This document shows, piece by piece, positions 27,054-35,614 of a stretch of 64,000 nt of DNA (positions within the stretch are counted from its first letter, which is position 1; each line of letters begins with the position of its first letter). The DNA is from an uncultured Actinomycetes bacterium (lineage in GTDB: Bacteria; Actinomycetota; UBA4738; JBBDTT01). Made by a program: the position numbers and the translations under genes. The notes under the pieces are model-generated. The model did no database searches, had not been told where the DNA came from, and worked only from the letters and a program-made list of their open reading frames with translations. The DNA is taken from the NCBI GenBank assembly GCA_963742735.1, contig CAVUMN010000003.1:160001-224000 (forward strand), in the 5' to 3' direction.

Positions 27054-28466
27054 ATGTCCACGGTCACCGAGCGGCTCGAGCGAGAGGCGCCGGAATGGGG
27101 CGTCCGCCCGTCCCCTCCCGAGGTCCGGCGACTGGGCGGCCGGGACTTCGCCGTCCTGTGGGGCGATCTGTCGATCGGCCTGCTGGTCGCACTCACCGGC
27201 GCGTTCCTGGTCCCCGGCCTCGGGCTGCCGACGGCGCTGCTGGCGATCGTCGTGGGCTCGGTGCTGGGCTGCGCGCTCCTGGGGGCGGTCGGCGTCGCCG
27301 GGGCCCGCGAGGGTGTTCCCGGCATGGTCCTGTTCCGTCCGCTCCTCGGCATCCGCGGCTCGTACCTGCCGACGCTGTTCAACGTGGTCCAGCTCCTGGG
27401 TTGGACGGCGTTCGAGCTGTGGGCGATGGCGGTCGTCGCCAGCCGCGTGGGAGGCGACCTTCTGGGCGTCGACTCGTACGCGTTTTGGCTGGTCGCGATC
27501 TCCGTCATCTGCCTAGCCCTGGCCCTCGGTGGGCCCGTGCTCGTGGTCCGCCGGTGGATGGAGCGGTTCGGGGCGTGGGTGGTGGCGGCCGTCGGGCTGT
27601 GGATCACGATCGGGCTGTTCATCCAGGGCGACGTCTCGGGGATCTGGTCGGCGCCGGGGGCCGGCGGCTATCCGGGCTTCTGGCAGGGCGTGGACCTGGT
27701 GATCGTCATGCCGATCTCGTGGCTGCCCCTGGTGGCGGACTACAGCCGCTTCGCGCGCCCGGGGGTCTCGAGCTTCGCCGGGACCTTCGGCGGCTACTTC
27801 GTGGGCAACGTGTGGTTCTACGCGCTCGGGGCCCTGCTGGTCCTTGCCGGCGGGCTCGACCCGCTGGCGGGGCCGGCCGGGCTGTCGGCCTCCATCGCCG
27901 CGCTGGCCGGGGGCGGGGCCGTGCTGATCGCGCTGCTGGTGGGGGAGACCGACCAGGCGTTCGCCGACATCTACTCGACGGCCGTCTCCGCGCAGAACGT
28001 GGCGCCGAAGCTCCCACAGCGCCCCACGATCGTCGTGGTCGGGCTCGTCGGATTCGGCATCGCCCTGGCCCTGGGGAACGACCCCGTGGGCGCCCTGGGC
28101 TCCTACGAGCAGTTCCTGTTCCTGCTGGGGTCGGTGTTCGTGCCGGTGTACGGCGCCTTCGTGGCCGACTACTTCTTCCTGCGACGGCGGGGGTTCGCCG
28201 AGGCCGACCTGTTTCCCGACCGAGGCGGCCGGTTCTGGTACGTGGGCGGGTTCAACTTCCGAACGATCGTGCCGTGGGTTGCCGGCTTCCTCGTCTACCA
28301 CTGGACCGGCCCATTGGCACCGGCGTGGTGGATCAACGGATTCAAGGCTGCGGTCGAGGCGGTCGGCCTGCCCTATCCGCTGTTCGACGGCGCGCTCGGG
28401 GCGAGCATCCCGGCGTTCGCCGTGGCGCTCCTCGCCACCCTGCTGCTGCGGGGACGCGGTCGATAG
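27054..28466 (+). CDS. cytX: NCS1 purine-cytosine permease family, probable hydroxymethylpyrimidine transporter
   Basis: GIRGSYLPTLFNVVQLLGWTAFE, MPISWLPLVADYSRFA, FADIYS; under TPP riboswitch. Confidence 0.85.
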   Translation: MSTVTERLEREAPEWGVRPSPPEVRRLGGRDFAVLWGDLSIGLLVALTGAFLVPGLGLPTALLAIVVGSVLGCALLGAVGVAGAREGVPGMVLFRPLLGIRGSYLPTLFNVVQLLGWTAFELWAMAVVASRVGGDLLGVDSYAFWLVAISVICLALALGGPVLVVRRWMERFGAWVVAAVGLWITIGLFIQGDVSGIWSAPGAGGYPGFWQGVDLVIVMPISWLPLVADYSRFARPGVSSFAGTFGGYFVGNVWFYALGALLVLAGGLDPLAGPAGLSASIAALAGGGAVLIALLVGETDQAFADIYSTAVSAQNVAPKLPQRPTIVVVGLVGFGIALALGNDPVGALGSYEQFLFLLGSVFVPVYGAFVADYFFLRRRGFAEADLFPDRGGRFWYVGGFNFRTIVPWVAGFLVYHWTGPLAPAWWINGFKAAVEAVGLPYPLFDGALGASIPAFAVALLATLLLRGRGR

Positions 28467-28476
28467 GCTCGGCGTC

Positions 28477-29493
28477 GTGAAGTTCGTCATCCTCGTCAAG
28501 GCCACGAAGAACACCGAGGTGGGCCTCCTGCCGACCGAGGAGCTCCTCCAGGCGCAGCTCGAGTACAACGAGTCGCTCATGCAGGCCGGCGTCTGGGTGG
28601 ACGGCAACGGCTTCCGCCCCACCCGCGACGCGTGGCGCGTGCACTACGAGCCCGACGGCGTCCGCATCGAGGAAGGGCCCTTCGACGAGGAAGGGCTCAT
28701 CGCGGGCTACCTCATCATGGAGGTGCGTTCGCGCGAGGAGGCCATGGAGTGGTCCAGGCGCATGCCCAAGCCTGCCTTCCCCCACGAGTGGGGCGTCCAC
28801 ACCGAGGTCCGGCCGTTCGTCGAGCTCGACGACTTCGTCCAGGGACCGGCCATCGCACGGTTCCGCGAGCTGGAGCTGCTCGACCGGATGGCGGCCGATG
28901 CGGGCCGCGACCGCCCGGACCTCACCGCCGCGACGGCGCCGAACGGCACGGTCACGCTGCTGTTCTCCGACATCGAGGGCTCCACGCAGCTGACCGAGGC
29001 CCTCGGCGACCGGGAGTGGATGAACCTGCTCCGTGAGCACAACGAGCTCGTTCGCGCGCAGCTCGCCGCCAACCACGGCTTCGAGGTGAAGGCGCAGGGA
29101 GACGGGTTCATGCTCGCGTTCGCCTCGGCCCGGGATGCGCTGAACTGCGCGATCGGGATCCAGAGTGCGCTCGCGAAGCGGAACGCCTCCGGCCCCGACG
29201 GCGGGCGCGTGGAACCGGAGGGCCCGAAGGGGCCCGAGCTCCGCGTCCGGATCGGCCTGCACACGGGCGAGACCATCAAGGAGGCGGACGATTTCTTCGG
29301 CAAGGCCGTCATCCTGGCGGCGCGGATCGCCGGCGAGGCCCGCGGCTCGGAGATCCTGGCGTCGTCGCTCGTTCGCGAGCTCGTCGAGCACACCGGGGAG
29401 TTCTCGTTCGAAGACCCCACCGACACGGAGCTGAAGGGCCTGTCGGGGATGTACCGCCTGTCGTCGTTGCGGTGGGCGGAACCGGTGGCCTGA
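28477..29493 (+). CDS. YciI/DGPF-domain protein fused to class III nucleotide cyclase
   Basis: N-terminal YNESLMQAGV..EEGPFDEEGLIAGY..SREEAMEW..EVRP; C-terminal FSDIEGST, VKAQGDG, RIGLHTG, DFFGKAVILAARI. Confidence 0.88.
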   Translation: MKFVILVKATKNTEVGLLPTEELLQAQLEYNESLMQAGVWVDGNGFRPTRDAWRVHYEPDGVRIEEGPFDEEGLIAGYLIMEVRSREEAMEWSRRMPKPAFPHEWGVHTEVRPFVELDDFVQGPAIARFRELELLDRMAADAGRDRPDLTAATAPNGTVTLLFSDIEGSTQLTEALGDREWMNLLREHNELVRAQLAANHGFEVKAQGDGFMLAFASARDALNCAIGIQSALAKRNASGPDGGRVEPEGPKGPELRVRIGLHTGETIKEADDFFGKAVILAARIAGEARGSEILASSLVRELVEHTGEFSFEDPTDTELKGLSGMYRLSSLRWAEPVA

Positions 29494-29495
29494 GC

Positions 29496-29864
29496 TCAGC
29501 CCGTCCGCTCGGGGCCGGGCTCGCCCGTTCCGTCCCCGGCCGGCACGGCCGGCGGGGGCGCGGCCACCAGCAGCACCACGAGCGGATCGGCCGACGCGTT
29601 CGAGATCGAGAGCTCGTTCTTCGCCGGCACCAGAGCGGTTTCCCATTGCTTCAGCCGCTTGCGCCCGGCGCCCACCAGCACCACGGCCTCGCCGGCGACG
29701 ATCGTCACCATCGCGTCGGAGTCCGGGTCCGAGACGGGGCCGTGCGACTGGTTGACCTCGAAGCAGAGCACCTGCGCGAACAGGTGCTCGGTCTCGAACA
29801 CGGTCTCCTTGCGCACCGCGTCCTCGTCGAACTCGACGTAGCGCCGCAGGTCCTTCGCCTCCAC
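29496..29864 (-). CDS. Cupin-like domain protein
   Basis: LCFEVNQ...IVAGEA...VPAKNELSISN cupin-like pattern; TACGCT -10 box 8 nt upstream. Confidence 0.65.
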   Translation of the reverse strand: MEAKDLRRYVEFDEDAVRKETVFETEHLFAQVLCFEVNQSHGPVSDPDSDAMVTIVAGEAVVLVGAGRKRLKQWETALVPAKNELSISNASADPLVVLLVAAPPPAVPAGDGTGEPGPERTG

Positions 29865-29926
29865 GGCGCCAGAGCGTAGTGGACGGATAGACTCGGAGCT
29901 CCCCACGAGTCCACGAGGAGGCAACG

Positions 29927-31453
29927 TTGCCGACGTTCGACTTCATCACCGGCCCCGCCACCGAGCACGCCGCCGACCTGCTGATCGTCCCCGTCTACGA
30001 GGGACCCGAGGCCGGCCCCGGCGTGAAGGACGTCGAGAAGGCGCTCGGCATCTCGGTCCTGGACACGCTCAAGGACAACGGCCTGACCGGCAAGAAGCAC
30101 GAGTTCTTCTCGATCCCCGCCTACGACAAGCTCCCGGTGACGACCGTGCTGGTGGTGGGCCTCGGGCCGCGCCGCGAGGTCGACGCCGACCGGGTTCGTC
30201 GCGCCGCCGGGCACGCCGCGCGGTGGACGTCGCGGTACGCGTCGGTGGTGACCACCCTGCCGCAGGCGGCGTCGGGCAAGGCGGACGACAACGTCCACGC
30301 CTTCGTGGAGGGCCTGCTGCTCGGCTCCTACCGGTTCACCCGGTACAAGTCGTCGTCCAACGGCGACGAGCCGGCCCGGCTCGCGCGGGTGACCATTGCG
30401 GGCGGTGCCAAGCTGGACGCCAAGGCGGGGCGCAAGGCGATCGAGCGCGGGCAGGTCTACGCCGAGGCCGCGATGTGGGCCCGCGACCTGGTCAACACCC
30501 CGGCCGGCGACGCGACTCCGGACTTCCTGGCCAAGGCCGCCGCGAAGATGGCCGGCGAGGTCGGCCTGGAGTGCAAGGTGTGGACCAAGGCCGACCTGAC
30601 CAAGGGCGGGTTCGGCGGCGTGCTCGGCGTGGGCCAGGGGAGCGAGAACGATCCCCGGTTCATCGAGCTCCGGTACTCCGGCGGCGGCAAGAACGAGCGC
30701 CCGGTCGCCATCACCGGCAAGGGGATCACGTTCGACTCCGGCGGCCTGTCCATCAAGGACGCGGCGGGGATGGAGTGGATGAAGTCCGACATGGGCGGGG
30801 CGGCGGCCGCGCTGGCGGCGATGCGCGCGATCGCCGTCCTGAAGCCGCGGGTGAACGTGATCGCCGGGATCCCCTCGGCCGAGAACCTCCCGAGCGGCTC
30901 GGCCCTGCGTCCGGGCGACGTGATCACGCATAGGGGCGGCAAGACCTCGGAGGTCCTGAACACCGACGCCGAGGGCCGCCTGGTCCTGGCCGACGCGCTC
31001 GCGTGGCTCTCGGAGCAGGACCCGGTCCTGATCGTGGACGCCGCCACTCTGACCGGCGCCTGCATGATCGCTCTGGGTGAGGACATGTGGGGCGTCATGG
31101 GCAACGACCGCCGGCTGATCCGCGAGGTGCTCGACGCCGGCGAGGAGGTCGGTGAGCCCGGGTGGGAGCTTCCCCTGTGGCGCGAGTACAAGCGCCACAT
31201 CGAGTCGCCGATCGCCGACGTCAAGAACGTGGGGCAGCGCTACGGCGGCGCCATCCACGCGGCACTGTTCCTGGCCGAGTTCGTGGGCGACACCCCGTGG
31301 GCGCACATGGACGTGGCGGGGACGGCGTTCCACCAGAAGCCGGGGGACTACTGGGGCAAGGGCGGCACGGGCAACCCGGCCCGGACGTTCATCCGGTTCA
31401 TCGAGAACCGCGCGGCCAAGGCCCGGCCGCGCAAGAAGGCCGCCGCCCGGTAG
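29927..31453 (+). CDS. pepA: Leucyl aminopeptidase (M17)
   Basis: GKGITFDSGG, MKSDMGG, NTDAEGRL, ATLTGAC; GAGGAGG RBS. Confidence 0.96.
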   Translation: MPTFDFITGPATEHAADLLIVPVYEGPEAGPGVKDVEKALGISVLDTLKDNGLTGKKHEFFSIPAYDKLPVTTVLVVGLGPRREVDADRVRRAAGHAARWTSRYASVVTTLPQAASGKADDNVHAFVEGLLLGSYRFTRYKSSSNGDEPARLARVTIAGGAKLDAKAGRKAIERGQVYAEAAMWARDLVNTPAGDATPDFLAKAAAKMAGEVGLECKVWTKADLTKGGFGGVLGVGQGSENDPRFIELRYSGGGKNERPVAITGKGITFDSGGLSIKDAAGMEWMKSDMGGAAAALAAMRAIAVLKPRVNVIAGIPSAENLPSGSALRPGDVITHRGGKTSEVLNTDAEGRLVLADALAWLSEQDPVLIVDAATLTGACMIALGEDMWGVMGNDRRLIREVLDAGEEVGEPGWELPLWREYKRHIESPIADVKNVGQRYGGAIHAALFLAEFVGDTPWAHMDVAGTAFHQKPGDYWGKGGTGNPARTFIRFIENRAAKARPRKKAAAR

Positions 31454-31460
31454 GGCCCGG

Positions 31461-32345
31461 CTAGTCCTCGCGGACCGAGACGGCGAGCAGGACCTCGACC
31501 GAGTCGCCGAACCGCTCCTCGAAGCGCTCCCGGTACACGGCCGTGACGTCCTCCTGGAAGCGGGCCCACAGGGCGTCGCCGAGCAGGTCGCGCATGTACC
31601 GGGCGCCGCGGATCTCGTTGCGGTTGGCGACGAACGCGTCGCGGTCCCACTCGAACCGGTAGCCCCGCTTCTCGATCTGGATCTTGCGGAAGCCGGCGTT
31701 CCACAGGACGTCCTTGAGCCGTCCGGGGTCACCCACGATCTCCTCGGATCGCATGAGTGTGGCCTTCGCCTGGGCGAGCAGCTCGCGCCCCGCGTAGCGT
31801 TCCGCGACGTCCATCCAGGCGCGGTCGAACTCGTCGTCCGACGGCACCCACGCGGTCATCCCGAACCGCCCCCCGTTTCGCAGGACCCGGCGCATGTCGA
31901 ACAGCGCCGTGTCCAGGCGCGTGAAGTGCGACACCACGAAGTTGGCGGTCTCGACGTCGAACGTCTGGTCCCGGAAGGGGAGGTCGAGGGCCGCCGCCCC
32001 CACCGGCCGGTCCAGGCGGCCGTTGGTCACGCCGACCCGGAGCATCCCCACGGCGGGATCGGCGCCGACCGCAAGCGCGTCGGGCCGTGCCGCGCGGACG
32101 GCCTCGATCACGACGCCGGTCCCGGTCCCCACGTCCAGGACCCGCTCGCCCGGCTGGATATCGAGGGCCGCCACCAGGTCGCGGGCCACCTCGGCGGTGT
32201 GCCGCGCGTCGCCGCGCTCGAAGGCCTCGGCGATCTGGTCGTAGGCGCCCGGGTCCTTCCGGTGGCGGCCGGGCGGGTGCGCCGGCGCGGCCTCTGCCGG
32301 AGGCGCGGGCTCGGTCGTGCGGTCGCGTCGTTTGAAAAGGCCCAT
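31461..32345 (-). CDS. Class I SAM-dependent methyltransferase
   Basis: VLDVGTGTG, LPFRDQTFD, RVLRNGG. Confidence 0.9.
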   Translation of the reverse strand: MGLFKRRDRTTEPAPPAEAAPAHPPGRHRKDPGAYDQIAEAFERGDARHTAEVARDLVAALDIQPGERVLDVGTGTGVVIEAVRAARPDALAVGADPAVGMLRVGVTNGRLDRPVGAAALDLPFRDQTFDVETANFVVSHFTRLDTALFDMRRVLRNGGRFGMTAWVPSDDEFDRAWMDVAERYAGRELLAQAKATLMRSEEIVGDPGRLKDVLWNAGFRKIQIEKRGYRFEWDRDAFVANRNEIRGARYMRDLLGDALWARFQEDVTAVYRERFEERFGDSVEVLLAVSVRED

Positions 32346-32451
32346 CGATCCGCCAGACTACCGGGCGTCATCCGATTCCGGACCGGGTTTGCCAGCGGCG
32401 CCGCCCGGCCGCGAAACTCTCCGGGCACCCCGATCGAAACGGAGCCGAGTC

Positions 32452-34089
32452 ATGGACAAGCCACGCCACGGAGGGCACCTCATCGCCGAGGCCCTCAAGC
32501 GCGAGGGCGTGACCCATCTGTTCACCCTGTCGGGGGGCCACATCGCGCCCATCTACGACGGCTGCGTGGACCTCGGGATCCGGATCGTCGACCACCGCCA
32601 CGAGCAGGCCGCCGCACACGCCGCCGACGGCTGGGCCCGGGTGACCGGCCGGACCGGGGTGGCCGCGGTCACGGCGGGCCCCGGGCTGACCGACGCCGTC
32701 ACCGGCATCGCCAACGCCATGTACGCGAACTCGCCGATGCTCGTGTTCAGCGGCAAGAACCCGGTGTTCGAGTTCGAGATGGGCTCCCTGCAGGAGATGG
32801 ACCAGGTCACGCTGGTGTCCTCGATCACCAAGTGGGCCAAGACCTGTTACGACACCCGCAAGCTCGGCGACTACGTGGCGACCGCGTTCCGCCACGCGAA
32901 CGCCGGGCGCAAGGGGCCGGTGTTCCTGGACATCCCCCTCGACGTCCAGTTCAACTCGTGGCCCCCCGGGGTCGAGGTCCCGCGCGACTACCGGACGGAC
33001 TCGAAGCCCGAGGGCGACCCCGACTACGTCGCCCGGGCGGCGAAGCTCCTGCAGGAGGGCGAGCGCCCGGTGATCTTCGCCGGGGCCGGGGTCCGGTGGA
33101 GCGAGGCCCACGAGGCACTGGCCGAGCTCGCCCACGCGATGAAGGTCCCCGTCTTCCTGAATTCCCTGGGCCGGGGCTGCCTGTCTCCCGACCACCCGTA
33201 CTACTTCGCGGCCGCGCGCAAGTACGGGCTGGGCCGCGCCGACGTCGTGCTTGCCCTCGGGGTCGACTGGGACTTCCGCCTGGGCTACGGGCAGCGAGGG
33301 TTCAACGCGGACGCGCGGGTGATCCAGGTCGACGTCGACGCCACGCACATCGGGCGCAACCGGCCCGTCGACGTGGGGATCGTCGGCGATCCCGGCAAGG
33401 TCATCGCGCAGCTGCTGGGCGCCGGGGTCGGCTCCCCTGAGGAGCCCTCCTGGACGGCCGAGGTCCGCGACGAGGAGAACCGGCTGGCGGGGGAGGCCGA
33501 AGCGGGCATGTCCTCGGACGCCGTGCCCATCCACCCGCAGCGGTTCGCCCGCGAGATCCGCGACTTCCTGGACAAGGACGCGGTGGTGGTGGGCGACGGC
33601 GGCGACATCGTGGGAATCGCGGCGTCGGTGCTCCCGGCGTCCGCCCCCGGTCACTGGCTCGACCCCGGCCCGTTCGGCTGCCTGGGCGTGGGTCCGTCGT
33701 TCGCGATCGCGGCCAAGCTCGCGAAACCGGACAAGCAGGTGGCGATCGTCTACGGCGACGGGTCGTTCGGGTTGAACGCCATGGAGTACGAGAGCGCGAT
33801 CCGGCAGGACATCCCGTTCGTGGGCATCATCGGCAACGACGGCGCGTGGGGCCAGATCAAGGTGGCGCAGGAGGCGATGTACGGCGAGGGGAACGCGCCG
33901 GCGTCGGTGCTCGACGCGACCACGCCGTACCACGCGATGGTCGAGGGCCTGGGCGGCTACGGCGAGCTCGTCACCGAGCCGGGGGAGATCGGGCCCGCCC
34001 TCAAGCGCGCCTTCGACTCCGGCGTGGCCGCCTGTCTGAACGTGATCGTCGACCCGAACCTGATGAAGCGCGCCTCCTACCTGGCCTAG
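32452..34089 (+). CDS. ThDP-dependent enzyme (acetolactate synthase-like / 2-hydroxyacyl-CoA lyase-like)
   Basis: RHEQAAAHAADG, TAGPG, DPGPFGCLG, GDGSFG...NDGAW ThDP motif. Confidence 0.92.
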   Translation: MDKPRHGGHLIAEALKREGVTHLFTLSGGHIAPIYDGCVDLGIRIVDHRHEQAAAHAADGWARVTGRTGVAAVTAGPGLTDAVTGIANAMYANSPMLVFSGKNPVFEFEMGSLQEMDQVTLVSSITKWAKTCYDTRKLGDYVATAFRHANAGRKGPVFLDIPLDVQFNSWPPGVEVPRDYRTDSKPEGDPDYVARAAKLLQEGERPVIFAGAGVRWSEAHEALAELAHAMKVPVFLNSLGRGCLSPDHPYYFAAARKYGLGRADVVLALGVDWDFRLGYGQRGFNADARVIQVDVDATHIGRNRPVDVGIVGDPGKVIAQLLGAGVGSPEEPSWTAEVRDEENRLAGEAEAGMSSDAVPIHPQRFAREIRDFLDKDAVVVGDGGDIVGIAASVLPASAPGHWLDPGPFGCLGVGPSFAIAAKLAKPDKQVAIVYGDGSFGLNAMEYESAIRQDIPFVGIIGNDGAWGQIKVAQEAMYGEGNAPASVLDATTPYHAMVEGLGGYGELVTEPGEIGPALKRAFDSGVAACLNVIVDPNLMKRASYLA

Positions 34090-34090
34090 C

Positions 34091-34447
34091 GTGCGCGCCG
34101 ACCTCCCCGACCCCGGCCGTCCGAAGCGCCGCCTCTTCGGCCGCGCGAAGAAGACGAAGCCGGCCGGCGGCGCCAAGCCCGACCGCGAGACCACCAAGTC
34201 GATCGAGCAGTTCGTGACGACGCGGGTCGGCGTGGAGGCGTACGTCGAGCCCCGAACCGCGACCGCGCCCCTGTCGGTGGTGCTCGTGGCGGCCGACGGC
34301 GAGTGGATCCGCAAGCGGATCCCCGACGTGAGCTTCCTGCAGAAGCTGTCGAAGGCAGGAGGGCTTCCCGTCTACGACGCCGCGCTGGTCGGGTACCCCA
34401 AGCGGATGCGCGAGTACCGCCGCCCCGGCCGCGACCCCGAGGCGTAG
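34091..34447 (+). CDS. Conserved hypothetical protein
   Basis: GVEAYVEPRT..VVLVAADGEW..PVYDAALVGYPKRMREY, a pattern recalled from actinobacterial proteins near pepA. Confidence 0.75.
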   Translation: MRADLPDPGRPKRRLFGRAKKTKPAGGAKPDRETTKSIEQFVTTRVGVEAYVEPRTATAPLSVVLVAADGEWIRKRIPDVSFLQKLSKAGGLPVYDAALVGYPKRMREYRRPGRDPEA

Positions 34448-34449
34448 CC

Positions 34450-35175
34450 TCAGGCGTCGGGGCGCGGCTCGGATCGGGGATCGAGCCGCTCGCCGCGCGG
34501 CGTGTAGACGGCCCCGTCGTCGCCCGTCTCGTGGAGCCGCAGGTAGAGGGCGGCGACGGCCCCCGCCAGCCACAGGTTGAGGACGGCGACCCCCGCCGGG
34601 ATCAGGACTCGCCACCACGCGGTGGCGCGCAACGCGTAGGTGATCGCCGCCAGGTTCAGGGCTGCGGGCACGATCGCGTACCAGGCCGATCCGGGCCAGG
34701 TCCGCCGCAATGCCCGGAAGCCGAGCCACACGGCGATCGAAACCCGGCGGGTCGAGTAGGCCAGCGGGGGCTGCAGGAAGATGACGGCGGCGGTGACGGC
34801 CGCGCCTCCCACCGTGAGGATCGTGGCGACGGCGTCGACCCGGCCGGTGACCAACACGTACGTCACCAGGGCCGCGATCAGCGGCACCGACGCAACGAGC
34901 CCGAGGATGAAGAAGCGGCCGAGGAACGACCAGGTGAACCGCCACAGCTCGACGGAGAGGATCGGAAGGCCCCGGTACGCCCGCAGGTAGAACATCAGCT
35001 GGGTGCCCTGCCATCCGATCGAGAACAGAAAGGCCGGCAGCAGCAAGAGGGACCATGGGTCGGGGGCCGACGCCGCCAGCCCCAGGGCGGCGGCGATCCC
35101 GATGATCCTCGGCTCCAGACGCCAGGCGCGGGCGGCCTGCCCCAGATCGGCGCGAAATCCAGTCCGCTCGCTCAT
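34450..35175 (-). CDS. Hypothetical membrane protein
   Basis: Several hydrophobic segments; coupled to upstream thioesterase. Confidence 0.65.
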   Translation of the reverse strand: MSERTGFRADLGQAARAWRLEPRIIGIAAALGLAASAPDPWSLLLLPAFLFSIGWQGTQLMFYLRAYRGLPILSVELWRFTWSFLGRFFILGLVASVPLIAALVTYVLVTGRVDAVATILTVGGAAVTAAVIFLQPPLAYSTRRVSIAVWLGFRALRRTWPGSAWYAIVPAALNLAAITYALRATAWWRVLIPAGVAVLNLWLAGAVAALYLRLHETGDDGAVYTPRGERLDPRSEPRPDA

Positions 35176-35567
35176 GCGGTTCGCTCCCGTGCCGAGGTCA
35201 GGAAGCGCTCCCGGTCCACGACCACCCGAACGTGCCCGGCCCTCGCCACGACCCCGGCGTCGTCGGTGACCTCCACGGAGAACGTCAGCGTTCGCCCGTC
35301 CACGGCGTCGAGCGTCGCCCGCGCGATGACCCGTCCACCGAGCGGGGTGGGCGCAAGGTGATCGAGCACGATCCGCGATCCGACGGTGGTGGCGCCGTCG
35401 CCGAGGGCTCCGTGGAGCGCGTTCATCGCGGCCCGCTCGACGAGCGCGACGACCTCGGGCGTGGCCAGCACGGGGACCGAGCCGGACCCGACGCGCTCGG
35501 CCGTGACGGCGTCGGTCACCTCGACCGACGCCTCGCCGGTGGCCCCCGGACGCAGCTCCTCGCTCAC
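35172..35567 (-). CDS. FlK-like hotdog thioesterase
   Basis: GSGSVPVLATP..LVERAA..TTVG..HLAPTPLG. Confidence 0.9.
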   Translation of the reverse strand: MSEELRPGATGEASVEVTDAVTAERVGSGSVPVLATPEVVALVERAAMNALHGALGDGATTVGSRIVLDHLAPTPLGGRVIARATLDAVDGRTLTFSVEVTDDAGVVARAGHVRVVVDRERFLTSARERTA

Positions 35568-35614
35568 CGGTCGAGGCTACTCCGGCCGCTCGGGTGGTGC
35601 CCAGCCCGGACGCC

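Noticed and set aside
32360-32400. Minus-strand GGCAAACCCGG..GACGC resembling a c-di-GMP-I riboswitch
   Set aside because: Lacks the GAAA tetraloop, the following AAAGC and the second stem; better explained as TTGCCA-N18-GAAACT promoter of the ThDP enzyme gene
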